Of a DNA stretch of 64,000 bases, positions 1-13,249 are shown one piece after another. The position numbers and the translations under genes are program-made. The stretch comes from Octopus sinensis. Lineage: Eukaryota. The stretch is taken from NCBI RefSeq assembly GCF_006345805.1, contig NC_043018.1:14694001-14758000 (forward strand). Direction: 5' to 3'. How positions within the stretch are numbered: the stretch's first letter is position 1; every line of letters begins with the position of its first letter. The notes beneath the pieces were generated by a model. It did not search any database. It saw nothing but the letters and a program-made list of their open reading frames with translations, and had not been told where the DNA came from.

Positions 1-204
1 TCTGCCCTACGTTTCTGAATTACCAGGAAAAAGTTTGTGGCGTAAAAAGACATACAAAGAGTGAGAGAAGGAATATATGGGTGTATATGTCTATGTTTAT
101 ATACGTATAGGTATATATATATGAATATGTATGTGTATGCATGAGTGTGTATGTATTTCGGCGTATATATATGAGTGTGTGTGTGTGTATAAGTATGAAT
201 ATAA

Positions 205-246
<42 letters not shown>

Positions 247-343
247 CATAATAATAATATTAGGGAATATAACTCCAAACTTACAGGAAAAAATTCAATT
301 TAATATTAAATCAAATTTCACAATATAAATATATAATATTTAT

Positions 344-539
344 ATAAATTAGAGATAAAACTACTATAATTCAAACAATGATAGACATAAACCAAATCAT
401 AAAGAAAAAATATATATTATAAAACATAAACTTTTATAATGTTTATATATGTTTTATAATATATTTTATTTTTTCTTTATGATTTGGTTTATGTCTATCA
501 TTGTTTGAATTACATAATATTAGTTTTTCTCTAATTTAT
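344..539. repeat. Fold-back (long inverted repeat) of an AT-rich dispersed family
   Basis: Arms ~344-430 and ~448-539; related fold-back at 44790-45010 and a single arm at 50805-50985. Confidence 0.85.
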
Positions 540-568
540 AAACATGTGCATATACATAGATACATACA

Positions 569-646
<78 letters not shown>

Positions 647-771
647 TTAGATAGATACACTTGTAAAAATATGTATGTGTATTCAGATTTATGTATATGC
701 GTGAATATATATGTTTATACAATTATGTATATGTTTGCATATATATATATATATTAATATATATAATATAT

Positions 772-815
<44 letters not shown>

Positions 816-1211
816 TGTTGTGTGTGTATAATAGGTATATATTTGCACATATTCATGTGCATACATATATTTTATTATTTCGCTTGGCATAGCTAATACT
901 AATAACCTTTGTCTGTCCTTGTTTGTCCCCTCTATGTTTGGCCCCTTGTGGGTAGTAAAGAGATATATATGATATTCGTGCATATTCATATGTGTCTTCA
1001 GGTGTGTGTGTGTGTATGTGTGTCCGTGTGTCCGTCCGTGTCGGCGTTAACTTGGCCCTTCTTTTCCATAAATCTGCAGTTCAAGAAAAACAGCTCGATA
1101 AAAAAAATTACCAGATTAAAATAAATACTGATCGATATAATGAACCAAAACCGTTGGTGGCCGTGCACCAGCATGGCCGCAGCCCGCTTACATAGATCAA
1201 TGAAATGTATT

Positions 1212-1276
<65 letters not shown>

Positions 1277-4100
1277 ACACACAAATCTACTCTGTCTAAA
1301 GCTTTACATGAAATAGTGGGCGTGAAATAAGTTTTTTTCTCCGCCTTGAGTTTGGTTTTTAAGGATAAAATTTCATTCCCTTTTTTTTTCACTTTTTCTC
1401 TCTTTTTATGAATCTCTCTCTCTCTCCTTCGTTTTCTTTACTTTCTTCCTACCTTTTCCTCATTCCCTTTCTTTCTCTCTCTCTCTCTCTCTCTGCTTCT
1501 CTCCATTCCCCCTCGCTCCCTGTCCCCTTTTCTCCACCCCTCTCTCTGTATATTCATTTCTTTACAACCGACGTGCTGTGAAATACCAGGGCTATTCTAA
1601 TTACGCATTTCGGTTTTAATGAATTTTCATTTGAATTATGAAACAACATTAAACACACACACACATACACACACATATACATACATACAAACACATGCAC
1701 ATACACACACCCGTACGTACAGATAAATGTGTGTGCACACACACAGAGGCAACCACGTATACACTCACAAACACACACATGCACCCCGCCACATAAACAT
1801 ATACGCCTCCCTTCACGCACATACATGCACAGTGATATAAATTAAATGCAACTCCGTCAGTTTCGACAATAAATCCACCACTTGTTCTTTTCTGCTCTAA
1901 GCACAAGGCCCGAAATTTCGGGGGAGGTGGCCAGTCGATTAGATCGACCCCAGTACGCAACTGGTACTTAATTTTTCGATCCCGAAAGGCAAAGTCGATC
2001 TCGGCGGAATTTGAACTCAGAACGTAAAGACAGGCGAAATACCTATTTCTTTAATACCCACAAGGGGCTAAACACAGAAGGAACAAACAAGGACAGACAT
2101 ACTCTAATTCATACTCTTACACATACTCATCCAGATACATATACTCACAAATATATAATACAATCATATTCACACACTCCCTCTCTGTCTCATATACACA
2201 TGCACACACACACAAAATCTCAACCTCACAAAAATAAATCGAGATTTCCGCGTTCCAATCTCATCGAGTTCAATCCAATTTCATTAAAAAACACTCCGGT
2301 CGATGCGAAGCGAAGTTACAAGTAACTTGTTCAAAGAGCTGAGCAATGGGATCGACTCCGTGACCTTGTGGTTGAAAAGCATTCTTCTTTTATCATTCTG
2401 CTATCAAGAAACCTCATATACACAAACATAAATAGAATCTTGCAAGCAATCCCTCCTAAACCACCAATGATGGTACTTATTCAAATATAAGCATATATGT
2501 GCCGAAGCACAAACGCCTTGCATAACGGCACTCGGTTGCACCAATACGACGTAAGTTGGGAATACATAAATGAAAGCCACACGAAACAAGTGGTTCTAGT
2601 TTCACAACGATTCTTCATACATATGCAAATGCAATTCTTGGACACAGCAACAGTATTGCATCCTGGAATTAAGGAGTGTTTCGAATTTCGCAAAAATACA
2701 GCTTCGTTTAAACAATCAGACTGAATTTGATCGAACCTCGACCTCATTCCAAAGAGCATTCCAGTAAACCCTCCTCTCCACTCAATTCTTTTTAACCAGA
2801 CTCTTTTCGGTATTATTTTCTCCGCAACCTCTTCATTGTGCTTGATGAGTTTTTCCCTGCTCAATTCGTAATATTCGGAACTCCATAGGCCTTGCTCAAA
2901 GGACGACCTGCAAACCTTCGATTGCTCATCTCCACTAGCATGCACCTATCCGCCACCGGTTCCTGTAAAAGACCTTCACCAATTCCTGATGCTTCTCTCT
3001 ATTCCATTTTTTACGCGTCCTCCATCCTTCCTTCTAAGATTGCTGTTATTCTAAATAAAATGGAATATATTTTGACCTTACAAATACATTCTGTACGTGT
3101 ACCTATCTGTATGTACACACACACACACACATGTGGGTGTGTCTGTGTAATGGCATATCCTGTGTGTAGTTAATCTATTGGATTAGTAAATTTTTGGATA
3201 CTAATATAATAGAGCAGTTATATCTGACACTAATTCGTTAATCTCTTATGGCGGAACAAACTAAACATCGCCAATAAATAAATAATAATATTAAACAAAA
3301 AATAAGTAAAACGAATGAAAAAAATAGCACCTCGACACTTGGTTACCCGAATCCAGGATCTCCGTTTCGTTGGGGGTTAACTGGGTTTGTTAGGAGAAAA
3401 ATCTTGGGTCGGCAGATTGAATGTTGACACTGATCACTGAGAACTTTTACAATTAACCTTACAATTAAGAATATTTCACAAAATTTGATGACTCCGCAAC
3501 GCTTTCTCTTTCTCTCTCTCTCTCTTATTCATTCATACATACATACATACATATATATGTATGAGAGAAAGAGGAAAGAGAGAGGGAGAGAGAGTGTGGA
3601 AAAGTGTACTGTTCCGTTATTGGTCGAATGAACGCAAAGTATTCCATCGTACGAGAGATAAATATCATTTAATAAACACAGAATTTAAATGGGAGCTACT
3701 AAAGTTGAAACTTAGAGCAGCTCGCATTTAAGTGTTTTTGGAATTGGTGTGTGTGTGTGTGTGTGCGTGTGTGTGTGTGCGCGCGCGCGCGCGCGTGTGT
3801 GTTTGTGTGTGTGTGTGCGTGCGTGTGTGTACCTGTCTATCTCAATTTGAAATATTGATGTTGTATTAAATGTCTGAACAAAACGCTTGATAGGAAAATC
3901 TAGTAAAATTCCAGTTTTGATCTTCACGAAGAGTCCATTACATAGACCCCCCCCCAACTACATAGTACATACATACACACGTACATATATATACATACAT
4001 ACATGTATATATATATACATATATATACACATATATATATATACATATACATATACATACACACACACACACACAGAGGCACACACACACACACACAGAG

Positions 4101-4140
<40 letters not shown>

Positions 4141-5189
4141 GATTATAATTTAGGGTATTTCCACACTGGAAATAACAACCAAAACTTGACTCTAAAATCA
4201 CATTAAATGTTCATACAGTACTAGTGGTGTATGAATATTTATTGTGGTTTTTAAGTCAAGTTTTGGCTGCTATTTCCAGCGTGGTGGTATCTCTTAGATA
4301 CCCTAAATTATAATTTTAATAATAATTGTATCCTTTAAAGGTTTTTATTCCCATGCTCGCCACTTGATAAGATCGATATTTAAATTAACGGTCTTATCCT
4401 TATTTATATAAATTTTTATACATGTATATATATACATACACGAACGCGCATGGAATTGTGTATATAAGCAAAAGAATCGGCAAGGAATGCGTCCATAACC
4501 AAGCTGATATATACTTATTTGCTTATGCATCAACAGCCAATAGAAAGAGCACACGCACATACATGCACCCAATTTGAAGCTTTTTGCGTATTTTTAATAT
4601 GGATGGGTTACATTGGCGTTGGGGTAGCAGAATCGTCGGTGCATCGAACAAACTGCTTATGGTATTTAGTTATTCCCATTTATTTCTTGAACTCAAATAC
4701 AGCCGTGAATACCTTTGCCTTTCTTCATTCGCTGAAGTAAAATAACAATGAAATAGGTGAGTTCTATCAGTAATATTTATGGCCATCAATCCAATGTGCG
4801 GAGCAGCCTCCTGCAAACTGCATCTTGCCGAGACATTTATTAAAAGTTTATTCCTTGAAACAGGAAATCCATCTTCATCGTCAACCTCCATTGTATTGTA
4901 AACTCTTGCTTCAGTGGTAAAACATATGTTGAAATTGCTTAATTAAATGTTGTGTGAGGATGGTATCAACCTGTAGACTTTACTAATTGAAAAATGCCTG
5001 GCTCTGGTTTATTTTTAATGAAAACATCTTGCTCAATTAAATAGGAATCAAGCCGTTTTATTAATCAAATAATATTTGTCCCACGAGGAATATTTGTAAT
5101 TGGAATTGTTATTAACAGAACAAGTGGAACAGTTATCATGAAGCGAATACACACGCCTGCGAGCACACACACACAAACATACACACAAA

Positions 5190-5225
<36 letters not shown>

Positions 5226-5689
5226 ACACACACACACATACACACACACACATACACACTCACACTCGCTTGTATACAAGATGTGCGCATACGGGATATT
5301 TATAAACATATAATGGAAAATAGTAAAAGAGATAGAAAGAAAATGACAGCGAGAGAGGGAGAGATAGAGTTAAAGTGAGAGGCAGTGGCTTATTGTTGCC
5401 CGGTGTCAAATAAAATGAATATATATATATATATCATGTGTATATCAAATTTACTTTGGATTAACTCGCATCACGTGAGATGATGAATACATGAAATGTC
5501 TCAAGCAATGGCGATACGAAACTCTAGAACACGGTGGTAGCTCCCTCAGTTACTGAAAAATGTTGTTTTGCTTCACTAAACAAACATAAAAAATGCGTAG
5601 GGGCAAGCGATCTAACGTGCCATTGGTTCAGTGGAAGGGTGTGGTTCGGTTCACATCAATACAATGTCTATACACACCGGTGGATACAT

Positions 5690-5752
5690 ACAGACATGCA
5701 TACATACGTATATGCATACATACATACATACATATATACGTACATGCATACA

Positions 5753-5786
<34 letters not shown>

Positions 5787-6087
5787 CATACATACATACA
5801 TACATACATACATGCATACGTACATACATACATACATACATACATACCTACATACATACATACATACGTACATACATACATACATACATACATACATACA
5901 TACATACATACATACATACATACATACATACATACATACATACATACCTACATACATACATACATACATACATACATACATGCATGCATACATGCATACA
6001 TACATACATACATACATACATGCATGCATACATACATACATACATACATACATACATACATACATACATACATACATACATACATAC
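5690..6087. repeat. (TACA)n microsatellite
   Basis: Direct reading; similar arrays at 26005-26240, 33020-33130, 41560-41870, 48490-48600. Confidence 0.95.
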
Positions 6088-6228
6088 GACGCTCTATAAT
6101 GAAATCCATATGAAGGATAACCCCAAGGACAAAGAAATAAGAACCCACAGTATAGTAGAAGCCATGGTCACTCATAATAAAGAAAAAGTACTGGTGGAAT
6201 GTCTCAGTGAAAACCTCAACTTTTTGTA
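6088..6228 (+). mobile_element. Short fragment of the same R4/Dong subfamily as 57133-57890
   Basis: gtcactcataataaagaaaaagtactggtggaatgtctcagtgaaaacctcaac matches 57465-57520; starts directly after a ~400-bp (TACA)n array. Confidence 0.7.
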
Positions 6229-7900
6229 AAAGTTCCAGTGAATATAAAAGAATTTGAACCGTTGAATGAAACTCTGTAGTCAGCGATCGTTAAATTTGGA
6301 AGCATGTGAAGTGCAGAGTGGGGACAATGAAGAACGATTCTAAACCGAAGGATTGTGAATTAATATTTACCAAAAGGGCGGCGAGGTGGCAGAATCCTTA
6401 CCGCGCCAAGCAAAATGCTTATCGCGATTTTATCCGCCTCTGCGTTCTGAGTTCAGAAATCCGCCGATGTCGATTTTGCCTTTCATCCATTCGGGTGTCG
6501 ATGAAATAAGAAACCTATTTCTTTATTACCCACAAGGGGCTAAACACAGAGGGGACAAACAAGGACAGACAAACGGACTAAGTCGATTACATCGACCCCA
6601 GTGCGGAACTGGTACTTAATTTATCGACCCCGAAAGGATGAAAGGCAAAGTCAACCTCGGCGGAATTTGAACTCACAACGTAACGACAGACGAAATACCG
6701 CTAAGCATTTCATCCGGCGTGCTAACGTTTCTGCCAGCTCGCCGCCTTAATAAGAAATAAGAAACCGTTGAACTCTGGGGTCAATGTAATCGACTTAACC
6801 CCTTTCTTGAAATTGCTGGCCATGTGCCAAAATTTGAAGCCAATTATAATTCACCAATTAATTGAGTTGTATAATAAAGTAGTATTACTGTGAAATTAAT
6901 AGTTAAACGAAGTAGGTTAAGTATCACTGATTAGTTACACTTCTGTTAATTCAATTGAACTTATTAGTCCTAATATAATACTTCAAGCAAACTGCCAGTC
7001 ACTTTCTTCAGCAGACAAAATAACTTTTAAATCATGTAACTTTTTAACTAAACATTATTACTTAAACACCATCAGATATTTTTCACGAGTCCGTCATCTC
7101 TTAGGGAACTAAAACTCTATGTTAAGTATAAGAATTTAGAATCCTTTCCTTAAAATTATCCTTAATTTTTCACTCCTTAACCTTCAACCGTTATAACGTC
7201 CATTCAAAATTTCAAATATTGTTTTCTTTTACATTTGCTGTGACCCTTCAATAACATAACCTATCTTAAATAACCCAACACTCCCCCATGCGTACACGTC
7301 CACCCTATTTCTCGTGCACACACCCTGTATTTCATATCAACCACTCATCGCCAGTCTTTTGACACTTCCGACCAAAATTTTGGACTTGGTTTTGTTTTGT
7401 TTTTTATTCTTCCATCTCCTAAACACACCTATTATTACTGACACTTCATACCACCTCCTATACAATATTTAGCAATCTATAAATCTTTATAGCTTTATTC
7501 AGCAGAGTTTGAAAACGAATCATTGGGGAATCAAGACCAACATGGTTGTTGCAGCCATGTTGATTTTAAGTGGGACAATACTTAGTTCACGGCTCGCGAT
7601 ACAAGCTTGTTCGATTCTTCTTATATCGAAACATGAACAATTTAGGAGCTTACATTTACATCTTATTTTTAACACAAACGCACACACATACACACACCCA
7701 CACACTCAATATGCATATAATTTACATATATATATATGATATGCATATACGTCATCTGTAATATATATTATATATATAAAATTCAATTAGAGGTTATATT
7801 AGCCTTATGAAGGGATGATGTAATCCAAGTAAATACTGGTCCAATACCTAATAATTTTGGGAGAACTGATTCCCTTAAGATAATAGATTTCCTTAAGATA

Positions 7901-8469
7901 AAGGAAGAAGAAAATGGAGATTGTGAAGTTAATAATAGTTTATTATCAACAATAAACCGAACATTAATCCTTTGCAATTGTTTCAATTATACACAGTGAA
8001 TTAATTAAATATTAAAGTTCATATTTCTGAGCATATCTTCAGAGTGAACAAAAAAAATATACCTATTTCTTTACTACCCACAAGGGGCTAAACCCAGAAG
8101 GGACAAACAAGGACAGACAAACGGATTAAGTCGATTACATCGACACCAGTGCGTAACTGGTACGTATTTAATCGACCCCGAAAGGATGAAAGGCAAAGTC
8201 GACCTCGGCGGAATTTGAACTCAGAATGTAGCGACAGACGAAATACTGCTAAGCATTTCGCCCGGCGTGCTAACGATTCTGCCAGCTCGCCGCCTTAAGT
8301 GAACGAAAAAATATACCCTTAAATGAATTATATGTTTGTTTATAGATTCATTATAGCAGAGTGAATGATACTATTCCGGCGAGGGATTTACAGCTGTAAG
8401 GGATAATGGTCGATATGTTGTTGATAATAAACTCGTATTAACTTCACAATCTCCATTTTTCTTCTTCCT
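7901..8469. repeat. Inverted repeat pair (~62 bp) now separated by a SINE B insertion
   Basis: aaggaagaagaaaatggagattgtgaagttaata... / ...tattaacttcacaatctccatttttcttcttcct. Confidence 0.7.
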
Positions 8470-8556
8470 CCTTCATATTTTATAAATAATATATATGCAA
8501 TATTTATTATATATATATATAATTTGTATATATGTATGCGTGTGTGTATTTATATA

Positions 8557-8678
8557 CAGGGTTGGCCCAAAGTCACCCGACAGTAAATCAAAACCATTTA
8601 ATTCCAAGATTTATTTATGTTTAACGACTGAATGATTAACACTTTGATTTACTGTCGGTTGACTTTTGATCTACCCTG
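8557..8678. mobile_element. Tc1/mariner-type MITE
   Basis: TA-CAGGGTTGGCCCAAAGTCACCCGACAGTAAATCAAA ... TTTGATTTACTGTCGGTTGACTTTTGATCTACCCTG-TA; ~38-bp TIRs, TA TSD. Confidence 0.85.
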
Positions 8679-8747
8679 TATATGCATACATGCCGCCTAT
8701 ATATCTATGCATATAAATATGTCTATATGTGTATGTATATATATGTA

Positions 8748-8786
<39 letters not shown>

Positions 8787-8811
8787 GTGTATGTATATAT
8801 ATGTATGTATG

Positions 8812-8874
<63 letters not shown>

Positions 8875-8975
8875 ATATGTATATATGTATGTATGTATAT
8901 GTATATATGTATGTATGTATATATGTATATATGTAAGTATATATAATATATATATATATATATAATGTATGTATG

Positions 8976-9021
<46 letters not shown>

Positions 9022-9662
9022 CGTGTATTTGTGTGTGGGAGCGTGGTGTGTGTGTGTGTGTGCGTGTGTACTTGCTCTCACATACATGCTTGCTAATTAC
9101 TATATTTTTCTGTGAGAAAGTTGGTGTTGTAACGATGTAAGATGTAAAAAAAATAATAAAATTGTAATTGTTGAGGTAAGTGTATATAGGATGTGACTGT
9201 GGTCAGGTTAGTGAATTATTTCCGCGTGGGTCAAGAGTGCTGAGTCAGAGGACGATCTCGTCTAGTTACATTGAAGTTAGCTATGGAAGACGAGAAGGCA
9301 AAAGAGGTCAGAACTGGACAGGATACCAACGGGAATTACAAGTTGAAACAAATATGGCGTCTTCAAATGCTGGAGAAAAAAATTGATGTTAGAAATTGGA
9401 TACCAAAATGTGGCTTAATTTCTCAGTGATACCTTCACATGTTTTATAATCAATAGTTTTTCTGTTGTTGTTGTTGTTGTTGCTGTTTAAACACAGGTTT
9501 AACAATGATCACCAACAAATCTATGATCCAAGCGTTTCATTTGTGAACGTGCGGACCTGTTTTAGACTTTCAGACTACATCATTTACAGCCAATCTGTCC
9601 ATTTCTTTTCCCAGTGTTGTGGATTTGACTGTTGTTTCAAAACTCTGAGTGACCTTGTAGAT

Positions 9663-9916
9663 ATGTGGTTCTCAGTCGGGGTCCAAATGGGACTTTGGGG
9701 TTCATAAAAGATTTTGATGATAAAATTCAGGAACAATAAATTGGTCAGACTTCTTTCTACAATATAGAAATATTTTAACTGTTTTCCTCAGTTCCTCAAA
9801 ATATTTCATTATAAAAATATAATAGGATTTTTAAACATTGACTGGCTATAAGGGATCACACTAGTAAAAGAGGAATCAAAGAGGTCCATAGGTAAAAAAA
9901 TTGTTGGGAACCACTG
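9663..9916. mobile_element. Older hAT MITE
   Basis: atgtggttctcagtcggggtcc ... ttgggaaccactg; flanks ttgtagat / atgtagac. Confidence 0.55.
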
Positions 9917-10675
9917 ATGTAGACACCTCCACCATGTTTTCTATAAAGGAATTCTGAAGAAATGCGATGAAAATTATTTTCTTGTAGCTGTTAGAATTAC
10001 TTCAGATGGTGTTATAAGGATAAAGCCGAGAGAAAGAGAGGTGAGTAGAAGACTAGCAAAAGAAACTAGATAATCCAGCAGGAGACAACAGGAAAACTAT
10101 TGTTGCAGATTTACCAAGGATAATGATGAGCCATCAGAAATTGGTATGGAGGTCGATGGCACATTGAGTGAGAGGAGAAGAGAGGAAATGAGAGAAGGAA
10201 AACCTTTTTCTGACTTAACCTGGGAGAAGGTGAAATACTTTGGACCGCTACAACCATTCTGGGCCGGGTGAGACTGATACAGCTTATTACACAAAAATAC
10301 CATTAATGATCTTAAGATTAATAAACCTTAGACCCCTCTTGTCTTCTATGAAACTTTGAGTATTTCTGTTTGTCCATTTTTATACTACCAACTTCCAGAC
10401 ATGAGAGTATGGCTTTGCATATATGTAGATGCATGTGTTGATATAACTACTTTCATGTAACGGCCTTGCATGACTTTAGTTCATGGATGTTCGATTAATT
10501 TTGAAGGGTGTGTATTTCATATGCACACGTGATTGTATGCATATATTCGTTCTGTGCTTATATGCATGCAGGCGCATATGTATGTATGTATACATTTTCC
10601 TATAATTGTATGTAAAGTATATATTTATATACATATATATATCTATATCTATCTATCTATCTATCTATCTATCTC

Positions 10676-10713
<38 letters not shown>

Positions 10714-10730
10714 CATCCATCCATCCATCC

Positions 10731-10804
<74 letters not shown>

Positions 10805-10808
10805 TATA

Positions 10809-10867
<59 letters not shown>

Positions 10868-11294
10868 CATATATATATATCAATGTATATTTGAGGCCAA
10901 AGATTTTATATATTTCTACAGTTCTCTTTATGAGGAGTCGTCTCCTTTCTGGTTCACAAAACCCTGTTTAAATCTTACTCCTATAAACTCCAGGAATAAC
11001 CATTTATTACTCCAGATGTTTCAAATTAACACCTGAAAGTATTTGCTATGTTAATATGTATGCCTAAAATATATTTGAAAGTATTTGTTAGGTTAAGGTG
11101 TATGTGTAAAATATATATTTATCATATATATAGAAATGCGTGAATGTACAAGCGTGTGTGCGTTTGTGTATATGCATGTGTTTGTATATGTTATTATATT
11201 TGCACATATGTCATAGATGTATATGCTAAATGTGAAATCTGTGAGTATGCGTTAAATATACATATGTTAAAAAATGTTAAAAAATATATATATA

Positions 11295-11718
11295 GGCGCA
11301 GGAGTGGCTGTGTGGTAAGTAGCTTGCTTACCAACCACATGGTTCCGGGTTCAGTCCCACTGCGTGACATCTTGGGCAAGTGTCTTCTGCTATAGCCTCG
11401 GGCCGACCAATGCCTTGTGAGTGGATTTGGTAGACGGAAACTGAAAGAATCTCGTCGTATATATGTATATATATATATGCGTGTGTGTGTGTGTGTGTGT
11501 GTTTGTATGCCTGTGTTTGTCCCCCTAGCATTGCTTGACAACCGATGCTGGTGTGTTTACGTCCCCGTCACTTAGCGGTTCGGCAAAAGAGACCGATAGA
11601 GTAAGTACTGGGCTTACAAAAGAATAAGTCCCGGGGTCGATTTGCTCGACTAAAGGCGGTGCTCCAGCATGACCGCAGTCAAATGACTGAAACAAATAAA
11701 AGAGTTAAAGAGTAATAA
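11295..11718 (+). mobile_element. tRNA-derived SINE family A, full length
   Basis: Head ggcgcaggagtggctgtgtggtaag...ggttcagtccc, CORE-like ccttgggcaagtgtc, internal (TA)/(TG) tract, tail gactgaaacaagtaaaagag; at least seven copies in the window. Confidence 0.85.
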
Positions 11719-11799
11719 AGATTTTTTAGAAATTCTTACTACCAGTGGCCTAGCATAAAGAAAAATTAGTCAATAGACTGTATATTATTCATACAAAAT

Positions 11800-11918
11800 A
11801 CAGTGTATATCTAAAACACATAAGAGGTATCCATCATAGGATGCCTTGCACGCTAGAAGGAACAGCGTGTAAGGAATCCTATGATTGATACCTCTTATGT
11901 GTTTTAAATATACACTGT
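11800..11918. repeat. Fold-back, ~42-bp arms
   Basis: acagtgtatatctaaaacacataagaggtatccatcatagga / tcctatgattgatacctcttatgtgttttaaatatacactgt. Confidence 0.85.
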
Positions 11919-11974
11919 TAGATCGCTTGCCCCTACGCATTCTTTATTTTCTCTCCTTGTTTCTTTCTGTGTTC

Positions 11975-12010
11975 CTTTCTGAGGAAGAGCGTAGGCTCGA
12001 AACGTTAAAG
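11975..12010 (+). ncRNA. Minimal type I hammerhead ribozyme motif in a Penelope-like pLTR
   Basis: cttt-CTGAGGA-a-GAGC(gtag)GCTC-GAAAC-GT-T-aaag: stem I cttt/aaag, 4-bp stem II, palindromic ACGT stem III, GUU site. Confidence 0.7.
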
Positions 12011-12105
12011 ACTTTTTCATTTCCCGAGCATTAAACTAATACATCTGTTTGTTGTCTACACCACCTGTCTTCGTCTTTTTTTTTTTTTTTGTGAATTCTC
12101 CCTAT

Positions 12106-12151
<46 letters not shown>

Positions 12152-12269
12152 TATATAATCAATTCAAAAGATCACACAGAACAGAAATGGAAAAGAAAAG
12201 AACAAACAAACGTATGGACGTAGTATAAGAAATGTATTAATAAGACACTCAGAGAAGGAAAAGAATAGT

Positions 12270-12305
12270 AGTTTTACATTTCGGGCGTAGCTCTTCTTGG
12301 AAAAC
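12270..12305 (-). ncRNA. Degenerate hammerhead motif in an oppositely oriented pLTR-like segment
   Basis: Minus strand reads tttt-ccaagaa-gagctacgccc-gaaatgta-aaac; resembles the 11975 motif but the core is mutated. Confidence 0.35.
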
Positions 12306-12784
12306 AGGAAAAGCTGGAAAGTCCAGGATGAAGGAGGAAAAAACATCGCTAACAATCACGTGCTTTTACATTTCTGAAGTGACCGGAAGTAGAAGTAAAG
12401 AAGAGAAAGTGCTCTCTGGGACAGAATTGTGTGAAAATGTTTAGTATGTATGTGTGTGTGTGTGAGTGGTAGCGTGTGCGTGTCTGTATGTGTGTATGTG
12501 TGTCTGTATGTGTGTCTGTATGTGTGTGTGCGTGTGTGCACATGTATATGAGGATGTGTGTCTGTGTGTCGCTGTCACTCTCTCGCTGTATATGTGTGTG
12601 TACGTGTATGCATGTGGGGATGTGTATGTGTCTATGTGCGTGTGAGTGTATGTGGAAGTGTATGTACGTGCGTATATATGAGTGCATGTGTGTGTGTGTT
12701 GTGTATGTGGAGGGTTGTGTCTGTAGAGGTATATGTGCGTTCATGTGTGTGCGCGTGTCTGTGTGTACATGCGTGCGTGTGTGT

Positions 12785-13160
12785 GAAGGGTATCCGCGAC
12801 GCAGGAACAAAAGGGCCTAGTATTGGGACTAAGTCTCGAAATCCTGGTCCCGGCTGCACAGGCGTCGGAGGCGGAGGAACTGGGGCTAGGGGATGGCCCG
12901 TTTGGTGTCGGTGGGATAGGAGGAGGAAAAGTTGAGGTAGAGGTGGAGTCCGTGGGTTTAAAGAAGGCGGAGGTGGTGATAGAATGGGTGACGGGATCAA
13001 TGGAGAGAGAGAGAGAGATATCGTGGAAGTTTACGGAAGTATCAGAGATGGTAAAGGGGAATTCAAGAGAAGGAATTTTCCGTTTGATTACAAATTGGCT
13101 CAGAGGAGAATAATCTCTCAAAGCATCGCACCTGTCTATGACTCTCAGGTGTTCTAACAC
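12785..13160 (-). mobile_element. Penelope-like element fragment (RT thumb and linker)
   Basis: Minus frames give FTISDTSVNFHDISLSLSIDPVTHSITTSAFFKPTDS and, after a frameshift, QFLRLRRLCSRDQDF...FLRRGYPS, typical PLE RT-to-GIY-YIG linker motifs. Hammerhead-bearing pLTR-like segments lie 450-850 bp downstream. Confidence 0.75.
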
Positions 13161-13249
13161 CCGGCGCGGGCCAGTAGCTTCAAATTACTATCAATCGTTC
13201 CCTTGTTTTGTTTTTTTGATCCTCAATTCACACATTTTAACATGTTGAA

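Noticed and set aside
2400-3050. LHNGTRL (Helitron Pif1-like) on plus and KKWNREKHQELVKVFYR (Dong N-terminus-like) on minus
   Set aside because: Only short motifs, mutually incompatible; cannot be assigned without a profile search.
5534-6229. 231-aa ORF and similar long ORFs (e.g. 41361-41975, 20532-21098, 60259-60753, 42997-43467)
   Set aside because: Stop-free frames through (TACA)n, (TA)n, (GATA)n or triplet microsatellites; no protein-like content.
6965-8045. CTGAAGA-containing strings at ~7010 and ~8040 (minus)
   Set aside because: Stems II and III or the NUH site cannot be formed convincingly.
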